Shown here: piece after piece, positions 28,018-36,667 of the stretch
Layout: each line of letters begins with the position of its first letter
Numbering within the stretch: the first letter of the stretch is position 1
Assembly (NCBI GenBank): GCA_040289515.1
Contig: PSLI01000004.1
Span: 11,111-75,110, forward strand
Direction: 5' to 3'
Origin: Candidatus Sysuimicrobiota bacterium
GTDB taxonomy: Bacteria > Sysuimicrobiota > Sysuimicrobiia > Sysuimicrobiales > Sysuimicrobiaceae
Length of the DNA: 64,000 bases
The notes under the pieces: model-generated
Databases searched by the model: none
What the model saw: the letters and a program-made list of their open reading frames with translations, nothing else
What the model was told of the DNA's origin: nothing
Translations under genes and position numbers: made by a program

Positions 28018-28452
28018 ATGGGGACAGCACCGGAGCGCACCCCGCAAGCCAATCCCCAAGGACCGGCGCGGGTGGTGGGGTTTTTGTGTGACTGGGCGGT
28101 GCGCAGCGAGGGACTGCTGAACGCGGACGACACCCTGGTGGGCATGCCCCACGTGACCGTGATCCGGGTGCCCTGTTCCGGTTTCGTAAAGCCCGCGTGG
28201 CTGGAGCTGGCCCTGCGCAGTGGTGCTGCGGGCACCTTCGTGTGCGGGTGCCCCATGGGCGACTGCCTGAACCGGGAGGGTAACTGGATCATGGAGGGCC
28301 GCATCGACCAGCTGCGCAAGCGGCTGAGCCGCCAGAAGGTGGATCCCGACCGGGTGGCCTTTTTCGCCTTCGGGCTGCACGAGCGGGAGGCCTTCCTTCA
28401 AGCCGTGGCGGAGTTCGTGAACAGGCTCGCCGGATCCGGAGGGAACCGGTGA
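28018..28452 (+). CDS. MvhD/FlpD-like [2Fe-2S] protein
   Basis: VGFLCDW, IRVPCSG, GCPMGDC..REGN, DPDRV. Confidence 0.88.
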   Translation: MGTAPERTPQANPQGPARVVGFLCDWAVRSEGLLNADDTLVGMPHVTVIRVPCSGFVKPAWLELALRSGAAGTFVCGCPMGDCLNREGNWIMEGRIDQLRKRLSRQKVDPDRVAFFAFGLHEREAFLQAVAEFVNRLAGSGGNR

Positions 28453-28565
28453 TGCGGTTCGGCCCGAAGCGGTGGAAGACGTACCTGTGGTACGTTGTCT
28501 TCTACCTCCTGTTCTTCGCCCTGCTCCTGTTCGTAGCCGCCTTCGGGTTGGTGGCGGAGGCGTAG
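28452..28565 (+). CDS. 37-aa single-TM protein (missing from the ORF track)
   Basis: TGATG coupling and GGAGG RBS; MRFGPKRWKTYLWYVVFYLLFFALLLFVAAFGLVAEA*. Confidence 0.7.
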   Translation: MRFGPKRWKTYLWYVVFYLLFFALLLFVAAFGLVAEA

Positions 28566-28579
28566 GGCGGGAGGGTCGC

Positions 28580-29974
28580 ATGCTGGTGTGGATGTTCACG
28601 GACGAGCGGTGGAGTTCTGCCCGCAGGTTCCTGTACGCGGGCACCCTGTGGGCGCTGGTGGCCCTGGCGTACGAGGCCCTGGCGGCCGCCCAGCGGGCGT
28701 GGCCGGCCCTGCTGTCGGAGTTTCCATGGGCTTCCCACGGGCGGGTGGTGGCCTTAAGCCACGACCTGTGGGTTTTCGGCTTTTTGTCCCAGCTGCTGGT
28801 GGCCTCGGCCCTGCGGGTGATGGGGCAGACGGACCGGGAGGGGATCTGGAGCGAGCCCGTAGCGCACCTGGCTGTTTGGCTGTGGAACCTAGCCCAGGCC
28901 CTGAGCTGGTGGTGGCTGTCGGTGGGCTGGACCCGGGGAAGGCCGCTGGCGGAGGCCCCGTGGCCGGTGGACGGGCTGCGTGTGCTGGCCGCTTTGGCGC
29001 TGTGGTGGGTGGTGCGCAACAGCCTGGTTCGGTCGTCCCGGCGGGAAGCTGGCTTGGCCCTGGTGGCGGTGGCCTTCGCGGGTCTGCCGCTGGTGCTGGT
29101 GCTGGGCAAGGGGCTGTTCTCGCCCTTCGACAACCCTTACCACGGCCTCCTGGACGCCCTGAGCCAGGCCTTCCTGCGGGCGGGCTTGGTGTGGCTGTGG
29201 CTAGTACCTCTGGCGGGCGGTGTGTCTTTGTACGTGCTGTCCGCCCTTACGGGCCGGCCGGGTCTGTCGGAGGGCATGGGCCTTTCGGCGGTGGTGGGGC
29301 TGGTGAGCTTTGGCGCCCTGGCGGGGCCTGCGGAGTTTGTATGGGGCCCGGTCCCCTTCTGGGTGCAGACCGTGGGCACCGTGGCGCGGGGCCTGCTGCT
29401 GCTGCCCGCGGCGACCCTCCTGGCCGGCGTGGTTCGGTCCCTGGACGGCCATTGGCGCAGCCTGGGGAACCACCCGGGCGTGGTGCTCACCCTGGCGGGA
29501 TGGCTCGCGGTGTTCTGCGGGGCGGCGGCGGACGCCCTCGCCTCCCTGGTGGGGCCCAGCCGGCTGGTGCACCTGTCCCTGTGGGGTGAGGGTGTTCGGG
29601 TGCTCCTGCTGACCGGCGCGGGTGCGGTGGCCGCCGGATGCGTGTACCTGTTGACCCCTCATGTGCTGGGCCGATCCCTGGTCAGCAGGGCTGCCGCGTG
29701 GCGCCACCTCTGGCTGGTGGTGGTGGGATGGTCGCTTTCCGCCCCCTTCCTTCTGCTGGGCGGGTTGGTGCAGGGTGCGGTGTGGGTCACGGGCACAGTC
29801 CCCTTCGCGCACGCGGTGCAGGCCGTGCGGCCCTTGCTGGGGGGGGGCTTTGTGGGCCTGCTGGTGGCGTGGGCCGCGCAGGGAGTGTTCGCGTGGAATG
29901 TGTTCCTGACCGCGGACTCCGGGGAGCCCGTGCCCGCCGCAGAGCAGGAGCTGGCCGCGGTGGCGGGGTCCTGA
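28580..29974 (+). CDS. cbb3-type oxidase subunit I (CcoN) homolog lacking the metal-ligand histidines
   Basis: About 12 TM helices; GWTRGRPLAEAPWPVD, LAGPAEFVWGPVPFWVQT, GGLVQG..W; directly upstream of ccoO. Confidence 0.8.
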   Translation: MLVWMFTDERWSSARRFLYAGTLWALVALAYEALAAAQRAWPALLSEFPWASHGRVVALSHDLWVFGFLSQLLVASALRVMGQTDREGIWSEPVAHLAVWLWNLAQALSWWWLSVGWTRGRPLAEAPWPVDGLRVLAALALWWVVRNSLVRSSRREAGLALVAVAFAGLPLVLVLGKGLFSPFDNPYHGLLDALSQAFLRAGLVWLWLVPLAGGVSLYVLSALTGRPGLSEGMGLSAVVGLVSFGALAGPAEFVWGPVPFWVQTVGTVARGLLLLPAATLLAGVVRSLDGHWRSLGNHPGVVLTLAGWLAVFCGAAADALASLVGPSRLVHLSLWGEGVRVLLLTGAGAVAAGCVYLLTPHVLGRSLVSRAAAWRHLWLVVVGWSLSAPFLLLGGLVQGAVWVTGTVPFAHAVQAVRPLLGGGFVGLLVAWAAQGVFAWNVFLTADSGEPVPAAEQELAAVAGS

Positions 29975-29989
29975 GGTGCAGGAGGTGTC

Positions 29990-30451
29990 GTGGTGAGGGA
30001 TCCCGTAGCGCACCTGGTGCGACTGGCGGTGGCGGCCGTGCTGTGCGGGTTCGTGGCCACCGTGCTCCTGCCAGCGTTGGACCCCGCGGTGCGCACGGCG
30101 CGGGCAGCGCCCCTGTCGGCGCAGGCGGCGCGGGGACGGTGGGTGTACGCCCGGGAGGGGTGTGCGGCCTGTCACACCCAGCAGGTGCGTACGGTGGAGG
30201 CGGGGTTCGGCATGGTGCGCCGGAGGGGCGACGTGGGAGAGGCTTCCTCGCCAAGCCAGTACGCGGGGCAGGACCCGGCCCTGTTGGGGCGGCTGCGGAT
30301 GGGGCCGGACCTGACGCACGTGGCCTCCCGTGCCTCCGCGGAAGAGCTGCGTTCGCTAGTTCGGTCCGGCACGGGAGGGATGCCCGCGTACCGGCACCTG
30401 CCCGATCCGGAACTGGCGGACCTCGTGGCGTACCTGCTGACCCTGCGATAG
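29990..30451 (+). CDS. cbb3-type oxidase subunit II (CcoO)-like monoheme cytochrome c
   Basis: GRWVYAREGCAACHTQQVR, LGRLRMGPDL, MPAY. Confidence 0.9.
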   Translation: MVRDPVAHLVRLAVAAVLCGFVATVLLPALDPAVRTARAAPLSAQAARGRWVYAREGCAACHTQQVRTVEAGFGMVRRRGDVGEASSPSQYAGQDPALLGRLRMGPDLTHVASRASAEELRSLVRSGTGGMPAYRHLPDPELADLVAYLLTLR

Positions 30452-30459
30452 GAGGAAGG

Positions 30460-30999
30460 ATGGAGGCCCAAACGCCGCGACCGTCCCGCTGGCTGGCGCT
30501 GCTGTACGTGCTGCTGCCTCTGTGGGCAGTGACGTACCTGTTCGTGGCGGGAGGACTGGTGGCTCCGGAGGTCCGGCCGGTGGCCCGGAACGTGGAGGGC
30601 GTCTCGGCGGGTGTCGGCGCGGCACCGGACGGGTCCGAGCAGGTGCTGGGGATCCTCGAGGTGGTGCCTGAGGACGCGCGGGACGACCAGCCGCCCCGTC
30701 CGGTTACCGCGGCCATGCTGGCGCAGGCGAAGGCACGGTACGACACCCTGTGCGCCGTCTGCCACGGCCCGGAAGGCCGGGGCGACGGCCCCGCGGGCGC
30801 GGCTCTTAACCCCAAGCCGGTCAACTTCCATTTCCGCGCTTTCCAGGAGCGCATGCCCGTGGGTGCCACGCACTGGGTGATCAAGAACGGCCTGGGTAAC
30901 ACCGCCCGCCGCAGCGGGATGCCCGCCTTTGGCCAGCTGCCTGACGACCAGATCTGGGCCCTGGTGGAGTACATACGGCGGCTGGGCCGCCGGCCATGA
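30460..30999 (+). CDS. Membrane-anchored monoheme cytochrome c (CcoP position)
   Basis: N-terminal TM helix, CAVCH, GMPAF, DQIWALVEY. Confidence 0.88.
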   Translation: MEAQTPRPSRWLALLYVLLPLWAVTYLFVAGGLVAPEVRPVARNVEGVSAGVGAAPDGSEQVLGILEVVPEDARDDQPPRPVTAAMLAQAKARYDTLCAVCHGPEGRGDGPAGAALNPKPVNFHFRAFQERMPVGATHWVIKNGLGNTARRSGMPAFGQLPDDQIWALVEYIRRLGRRP

Positions 31000-31979
31000 G
31001 CGCTCCCGCCAACCCCGACGTGGCCCTGGCGTCCGCGTATGCACCGGTTCGGGAGGACTTGGAGCGCCTGCAGGCCCTCCTGCAGGAGGAGCTCGCGTCC
31101 CACGACCCCTTCCTGCGCGAGCTGGTGTCCCACGTGCTGCAGACGAGGGGCAAGATGGTGCGGCCGGCTCTGGCGTTCCTCTGCGCGCGGCTCGCGGGCG
31201 GAGGAGGCGCCCACCGGGACCTGGTGGCCGCGGCGGTGGAGCTCATCCACGTGGCCAGCCTGATCCACGACGACGTCATCGACGAGGCGGACCGGCGCCG
31301 GGGCCAGGCCACCCCCAACGCCCGCTGGGGCAACCACGTGGCGGTGCTTCTGGGCGACTACCTGTTCAGCAAGGCTTTCCACCTCCTCAGCCGGGTGGGC
31401 CGGGACGACGTGGCCAGCCGGGTGGCGTTCGCCACCGTGCGCATGAGTCAGGCGGAGCTGCTGCAGGTGAAGTATGGCAGTACCCCCCACACGGACGAGT
31501 CGGTGTACTTCGCCATCGTGGAGGGGAAGACCGCCCAGCTGGTCTCCTCCGCGTGTGCGGGAGGGGTCCTGGTGGGCGGGGGTGACGGCGGCCTGGCGGA
31601 TCGGCTTGGCACCTTTGGGCTGCACTGGGGAGTAGCCTTCCAGATCACCGACGACACCCTGGACCTCACCAGCGACCCGGAGGTCCTGGGCAAGCCCATC
31701 GGTAGCGACGTGCGGGGGGGCAAGGTCACCCTACCCCTCATCCACGCCCTGCGCCACGCGGACTCCCAAGACCGCCAGCGGCTGGAGGCTTGGATCCGCT
31801 TGGGGGAGCTGGAACCCTTGCGGCAGGCCCTGGAGCGGTCCGGATCCCTCGCCTACGCCCTGGAGGTGGCCCGGCAGCATGCCCGCAGGGCCCTGCGGAT
31901 CCTGGACACCCTGCCCAGCAGCCCCGAACGCGACAGCCTCGCAGCCCTTACGGAGTTCGTGGTCTCCCGCCACCATTAG
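30996..31979 (+). CDS. Polyprenyl diphosphate synthase (HepT/IspB-like)
   Basis: GKMVRP, HDDVIDEADRRRG, GKTA, FQITDDTLD. Confidence 0.95.
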   Translation: MSAPANPDVALASAYAPVREDLERLQALLQEELASHDPFLRELVSHVLQTRGKMVRPALAFLCARLAGGGGAHRDLVAAAVELIHVASLIHDDVIDEADRRRGQATPNARWGNHVAVLLGDYLFSKAFHLLSRVGRDDVASRVAFATVRMSQAELLQVKYGSTPHTDESVYFAIVEGKTAQLVSSACAGGVLVGGGDGGLADRLGTFGLHWGVAFQITDDTLDLTSDPEVLGKPIGSDVRGGKVTLPLIHALRHADSQDRQRLEAWIRLGELEPLRQALERSGSLAYALEVARQHARRALRILDTLPSSPERDSLAALTEFVVSRHH

Positions 31980-32083
31980 CGGCAGCTGGTGGAACGCCGG
32001 CGCCTCCGCTACACTGCCTGTCGGTGGACGGGCGCAGGTGGGTGCGGGTGCTCGCCGGGCCGCTGCGGAAGCTGCGGGAGGCC

Positions 32084-33223
32084 ATGGTGTCCTTCGCCGT
32101 GGCCACTACCTCCCGGCACCTGGAGGCCAACCGAGACGCGGTGGTGCGCCGGTGGCGGGCGTGGCTCCATGGGCGGGCGGCGCGGTACGCGGAGCACCCC
32201 GACCTTGCGGAGCGCTGGGGTGCGCAGACAGTGGATCTCTTGGTGCGGGTGATGCGGGCCCAAGGCGAGGCGGAGGGTTCGGAAGCGCGGGACCGGGTGT
32301 TCGAGTACGCGCACCGCGTGGCCACTGAACAGCTGGCCCTGGGCTTCCGGCTGGAGGAGATCCTGCAGGCTTTGAGCCTGCTGCGCAGCAGCGTGTCCTG
32401 GCAGGTGCAGGTCATGTTGAGCCGGCGGCTGTGGGTGGCCTTCCCGCCCGACGTCATGCGGGCCACCCAGCGGGTCCACGAGGCCATCGACCTGCAGATG
32501 CTGGCCATTGGGCAGGCGTACCTGGAGACCCGGGATCGGGTGATCCGCCAGAAGCAGCGGGACCTGGAGGAGAGCAACGCCAAGCTGCGGACCCTGCTCC
32601 GGGAGATGCACCACCGGATCAAGAACAACCTGCAAACCCTGGCGGATCTTTTGTACCTGGAGACCCTGGGCGCGGAGGAACCCGCCCGCAGGAGCCTGCT
32701 GGACAGCATCGGCCGGGTGAAGAGCATCGCCGCAGTCCACCAGATGCTGTCCGCAGACCACATCGAGGCGGTGGAGGTGCGGCGGCTGGCGGAACGCATC
32801 GGGGAGATTCTGGGGCGGGACCTGACCCGCGGGGGCCGTGCGGTGCGCGTGGAGGTACGGGGTCCGGAGGTGTGGCTGCCCAGCAAGCAGGCCACCGCCC
32901 TGGCCCTGGTACTTACCGAGCTGCTGCACAACGCCACCGAGCACGCCTTCCCCCACGGCCGGGGCCGGGTGGCGGTGGAGCTGGGACGGGAGGCGGGTGA
33001 GGTGTGGGTGCGGGTGCGCGACGACGGTGTGGGGCTCCCTGCGGACTTCTCCGTGGAGCGGGACGGCCACCTGGGGCTGCGCATCGTGCAGGACCTGGTG
33101 AGCCGGGAGCTGCGGGGAACGTTCGCCCTGCGGTGCGAGGCTGGCACGGTGGCGGAGGTGCGGTTCCGGCCGCCGCAGGCGGGCGAGGGTGCGGAACGGG
33201 TGGTGGGGGAGGTGCGGGTGTGA
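32084..33223 (+). CDS. Soluble HisKA_2 histidine kinase (PdtaS/EutW-like) with an RsbRD_N-like helical sensor
   Basis: REMHHRIKNNLQ, ELLHNATEH, DDGVG, HLGLRIV; start uncertain (32042 or 32084). Confidence 0.9.
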   Translation: MVSFAVATTSRHLEANRDAVVRRWRAWLHGRAARYAEHPDLAERWGAQTVDLLVRVMRAQGEAEGSEARDRVFEYAHRVATEQLALGFRLEEILQALSLLRSSVSWQVQVMLSRRLWVAFPPDVMRATQRVHEAIDLQMLAIGQAYLETRDRVIRQKQRDLEESNAKLRTLLREMHHRIKNNLQTLADLLYLETLGAEEPARRSLLDSIGRVKSIAAVHQMLSADHIEAVEVRRLAERIGEILGRDLTRGGRAVRVEVRGPEVWLPSKQATALALVLTELLHNATEHAFPHGRGRVAVELGREAGEVWVRVRDDGVGLPADFSVERDGHLGLRIVQDLVSRELRGTFALRCEAGTVAEVRFRPPQAGEGAERVVGEVRV

Positions 33224-33801
33224 AGGACCGGCTGCGCATCCTCATCGCGGACGACGAGGCCATCCGCGTCATGACCTTGCGCACGCAGCTGCGGGCCCTG
33301 GGGTTTGAGGTGGTGGCGGAGGCCACCAACGGCCAGGAGGCGGTGGACCTGGCCGACCGCCACCAGCCGGATTTGGCCATCCTGGACATCAAGATGCCGG
33401 GGCTGGACGGGATCGCGGCCGCGCGGGAGATCACCGCCCGCCGCCCCGTCCCCGTGATCTTGCTCACCGCCTACAGCGAACCGGAGCTGGTGGAGCGGGC
33501 CACGGAGGCGGGGGTGTTCGCGTACCTGGTGAAGCCCGTGAGCGAGGAGGATCTGCTGCCCACCATCCTGCTGGCGCGGGCGCGGTTTGAGGAGTTCCGG
33601 CTGCTGCGCAGGGAGGTGGAGGACCTGCGGGAGGCCCTGGAGGCCCGGAAGATCATCGAGCGGGCCAAGGGGATCCTCATGAAGCGGCTGGGGATCAGCG
33701 AGGTGGAGGCCTTCCGCCGCATGCAGGTGCAGAGCCAGAAGGAGAACAAGAAGCTGGTGGAGATCGCGCGGGCCATCGTGACCGCCCACGGGGTGCTGTA
33801 G
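33220..33801 (+). CDS. ANTAR-domain response regulator (PdtaR/EutV-like)
   Basis: IADDE, LDIKMP, YLVKP; ANTAR RKIIERAKGILM. Confidence 0.94.
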   Translation: MKDRLRILIADDEAIRVMTLRTQLRALGFEVVAEATNGQEAVDLADRHQPDLAILDIKMPGLDGIAAAREITARRPVPVILLTAYSEPELVERATEAGVFAYLVKPVSEEDLLPTILLARARFEEFRLLRREVEDLREALEARKIIERAKGILMKRLGISEVEAFRRMQVQSQKENKKLVEIARAIVTAHGVL

Positions 33802-34214
33802 TGGAACCCTCCGGCAGCCAGGACAGGTGGGAGGCCCTGTTGGAGGACCTGGCCCGGGTGGTGCGGGCCCACGGGGAGCTCCTGCGGCTGGAAGGGCAGG
33901 CGGCCGTGCAGGACGTGGTCCGGGGTGGCCTGGGCCTGCTGGCCGGGCTGTCCGCGGCCGCGGGTGCCCTTCTGTTTTTGCCCGCGCTCCTGGCGCTGTT
34001 CCTGGCGAGGTGGCTGCAGCCGTGGGCGGCGGGGCTGGTGAGCTGGTGCGCGGTGGCGGCGGTGGCGCTAGGACTGAGCGCGTGGGGCTGGCGCAGGCTC
34101 CGCCGGCCTAAGCTGGCCCGGGTACGGGAGGTGCTTCAGGAGGATGCCCGGTGGATCCGCGAGTTGACCGCGTCTGTGCGGAGCTCCGGGCGGCCCGGCT
34201 CCGGGTCGCCCTGA
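33801..34214 (+). CDS. YqjE/holin-like family membrane protein
   Basis: Amphipathic N-terminal helix, 2 TM helices, C-terminal LQEDARWIRE. Confidence 0.7.
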   Translation: MEPSGSQDRWEALLEDLARVVRAHGELLRLEGQAAVQDVVRGGLGLLAGLSAAAGALLFLPALLALFLARWLQPWAAGLVSWCAVAAVALGLSAWGWRRLRRPKLARVREVLQEDARWIRELTASVRSSGRPGSGSP

Positions 34215-34420
34215 GCCTATCGCAGCTGGTGGAGCAGGTGCGGGCCGGCCGCGGGCCAGCGCTACCCGACGGCGCCCTCGTGCTGGCGGGCGCGGTGGTG
34301 CTGGCCGCGGTGTTGCTGGCGAGCCTGTGGGAACGGCGGTACAATGCCACCGGAGGTGGCGGATGCCCTTCGGGATCGGGACGACCGAGCTTGTCATCAT
34401 CCTCCTCATCGCCCTGTTGA
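34151..34420 (+). CDS. Possible small tail-anchored protein (DUF3618-like)
   Basis: ELRAARLRVALSLSQL plus a C-terminal TM helix; typical partner of YqjE-like genes, but it overlaps both neighbours. Confidence 0.4.
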   Translation: MDPRVDRVCAELRAARLRVALSLSQLVEQVRAGRGPALPDGALVLAGAVVLAAVLLASLWERRYNATGGGGCPSGSGRPSLSSSSSSPC

Positions 34421-34530
34421 TCTTCGGCCCCGCGCGCCTGGCTGGCATCGGGAGCTCCCTGGGGAAGGCTATCCGGGACTTTCGGAAGTCGGTCCGGGAA
34501 GAGGACTCCGACGAGGCGGCCAAGAAGTAG
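34363..34530 (+). CDS. tatA: Twin-arginine translocase TatA
   Basis: GIGTTELVIILLIALLIFGPARL..IG..LGKAIRDFRK. Confidence 0.95.
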   Translation: MPFGIGTTELVIILLIALLIFGPARLAGIGSSLGKAIRDFRKSVREEDSDEAAKK

Positions 34531-34581
34531 CGCGGGGCGCTGGAGGGGGAACTGGCGGGCGGCCGGTGGGGTGGTGGGCGG

Positions 34582-34842
34582 GTGACGCGACGCAGCCGGC
34601 GGCCGTGGGGGGCGGTGCTGCTGGTGGTGCTGGCCGGGGGGATCCTTGGGCACGTGGTGGCCGAAGCCGCCTCCTCCGTGCCGGCGCTGGCGTTTCTGGC
34701 ACGCTCCGTGGAGCCCGGCCTGGACCCGGCCCTGCACCTCGACCTGGGCCTTGTGACCTTCACCCTGGGCTTCACCGTACGCCTGAACCTCGCGGTGGTG
34801 CTCGGGGTGGTGTTCACCCTGTGGCTGTGGCGCTGGTTGTGA
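34582..34842 (+). CDS. DUF4321-like membrane protein
   Basis: LDLGLVTFTLGFTVRLN; usual position upstream of maf/radC. Confidence 0.8.
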   Translation: MTRRSRRPWGAVLLVVLAGGILGHVVAEAASSVPALAFLARSVEPGLDPALHLDLGLVTFTLGFTVRLNLAVVLGVVFTLWLWRWL

Positions 34843-34889
34843 GGGCTTGTGGTCGCAAAGCGGCTTTCGGGCACGTTTAATCGTACGGA

Positions 34890-35582
34890 ATGGGAATCTC
34901 CGGGCCCACCATCCGCGAACTGCCCTTGGAGGCGAGGCCGCGGGAGCGGCTGCTGGCCTCCGGCCCTGAGGCCCTCGCGGATCGGGAGCTGCTCGCCGTC
35001 CTGCTGCGGGCGGGCACCCGGTCCCGCTCCGCGCTGCACGTGGCGGACGACCTGCTGCGCCGGTTTGGAGGCCTGCGGGGCCTCAGCCGCGCGCGGGCCG
35101 AGGAGCTGGGCACCCTGCGCGGCGTGGGGCAGGCTAAGGCAGCTACCCTGGTGGCCGCTTTCGAGCTGGCCCGGAGGATACAGGGCCCGGACCCCGCCAG
35201 CCGGCCCGCGGTGCGCAGCGCCGCAGACGCCGCAGCTTTGCTGGGCCCCCGCCTGGCCCACCGCGAGCAGGAGCACTTCTGCGTGCTGCTCCTGAATACC
35301 CGCCACGAGGTCATCGGCCTGGTGGAGGTGTCCCGCGGCGGCCTCAACGCCGCCTCCGTGGAACCCCGGGAGGTGTTTCGGGAGGCCATCCGTCGCGGCG
35401 CCTGTGCGGTGATCGTGGCTCACAACCACCCCTCTGGCAACCCAGAACCCAGTCCCGACGACGTGCGCCTGACCACCGGTCTTCGGCAGGCGGGGAGTCT
35501 GGTGGGGGTAGCGGTGCTGGACCACCTGGTGGTGGGGGATGGACGATTTGTCAGCCTGCGGGAGCGGGGGTTAGGATTCTAG
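34890..35582 (+). CDS. radC: RadC family JAB-domain protein
   Basis: RPRERL, ELLAVLL, AHNHPSG.PEPS.DD, VLDHL. Confidence 0.95.
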   Translation: MGISGPTIRELPLEARPRERLLASGPEALADRELLAVLLRAGTRSRSALHVADDLLRRFGGLRGLSRARAEELGTLRGVGQAKAATLVAAFELARRIQGPDPASRPAVRSAADAAALLGPRLAHREQEHFCVLLLNTRHEVIGLVEVSRGGLNAASVEPREVFREAIRRGACAVIVAHNHPSGNPEPSPDDVRLTTGLRQAGSLVGVAVLDHLVVGDGRFVSLRERGLGF

Positions 35583-35625
35583 GGGCTGCGGTAGTGCCGC
35601 GGCCAGCACCTCCTCGGAGGCCGGA

Positions 35626-36660
35626 ATGATCCGGAACGGGTTCCTCAGCCGCTTCTCTCGGGACATGGGCGTCGACCTGGGCACCGCCAACACCGTGGTG
35701 TACGTGCGGCACGAGGGCATCGTGTTGCGGGAGCCTTCGGTGGTGGCCAAGCGGGCGGACGGTGCCATCCTGGCGGTGGGCGACGAGGCCAAGCGCATGA
35801 TCGGCCGCACGCCGTCGGACATCCTGGCGGTGCGCCCCCTCAAGCACGGCGTCATCGCGGACTTCGACACCACCGCGGCCATGCTCAACTACTTCATCCG
35901 CAAGGGCATGCGGGGCCGGTCCCTGCTCCGGCCGCGGGTCATCGTGGGGATCCCCTCCGGGGTCACGGAGGTGGAAAAGCGGGCGGTCATCGACGCTACC
36001 CTGCAGGCGGGCGCGCGGGAAGCGTACCTCATCGAGGAGCCCATGGCGGCCGCCATCGGCGCGGGCCTACCTGTCTCCGAGCCGGTGGGCAGCATGGTGG
36101 TGGACATCGGGGGCGGAACCACGGAGGTGGCGGTGATCGCCCTCGGCGGGATCGTCGCCAGCAAGTCCATCCGCATCGGCGGGGACGAGATGGACGAGGC
36201 CATCATCCAGTACGCGCGCAAGGCCTACAGCCTCCTCATCGGGGAACGCACCGCGGAGGAGATCAAGATCGCCATCGGGTCCGCGTACCCCCTGCGGGAG
36301 GAGCAGGCCGCGGAGGTGCGGGGGAGGGACCTGGTCTCCGGGCTGCCCCGCACGGTGCGCATGACCAGCGCGGAGATCCGGGAGGCGCTGCGGGAGCCGG
36401 TGGCGGCCATCGTGGACGCGGTGAAGCAAACCTTGGAGCGTACGCCCCCCGAGCTGGCCGCGGACATCGTGGAGCGCGGGATCGTACTGGCCGGGGGCGG
36501 CTCGCTGCTGCGTGGGCTGGACCGGCTCCTGGCGGAGGAGACGGGGATGCCCGTCACGCTTACGGACGACCCCCTCTCCGCGGTGGTACTGGGGACGGGG
36601 CGGGCTCTGGAGGAGATCGACACCCTCAGGAAGGCCCTGGTGGGCAACAAGCGCGCCTAG
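35626..36660 (+). CDS. mreB: Rod shape protein MreB
   Basis: [31 protein letters not shown]. Confidence 0.98.
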   Translation: MIRNGFLSRFSRDMGVDLGTANTVVYVRHEGIVLREPSVVAKRADGAILAVGDEAKRMIGRTPSDILAVRPLKHGVIADFDTTAAMLNYFIRKGMRGRSLLRPRVIVGIPSGVTEVEKRAVIDATLQAGAREAYLIEEPMAAAIGAGLPVSEPVGSMVVDIGGGTTEVAVIALGGIVASKSIRIGGDEMDEAIIQYARKAYSLLIGERTAEEIKIAIGSAYPLREEQAAEVRGRDLVSGLPRTVRMTSAEIREALREPVAAIVDAVKQTLERTPPELAADIVERGIVLAGGGSLLRGLDRLLAEETGMPVTLTDDPLSAVVLGTGRALEEIDTLRKALVGNKRA

Positions 36661-36667
36661 CAGCGGG

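Noticed and set aside
28018-28452. Evidence for a hydrogenase or methanogenesis
   Set aside because: Only the MvhD-like adaptor is present; no catalytic hydrogenase or Hdr subunits in the window
28580-30999. Calling this a functional cbb3 oxidase or NO reductase
   Set aside because: The heme and CuB/FeB histidine ligands are absent
33801-34214. Holin-family gene as a prophage marker
   Set aside because: YqjE-like membrane proteins are common chromosomal genes; no phage genes nearby
34890-35582. RadC as a mobile-element or anti-defence gene
   Set aside because: Full-length form in the standard radC-mreBCD context
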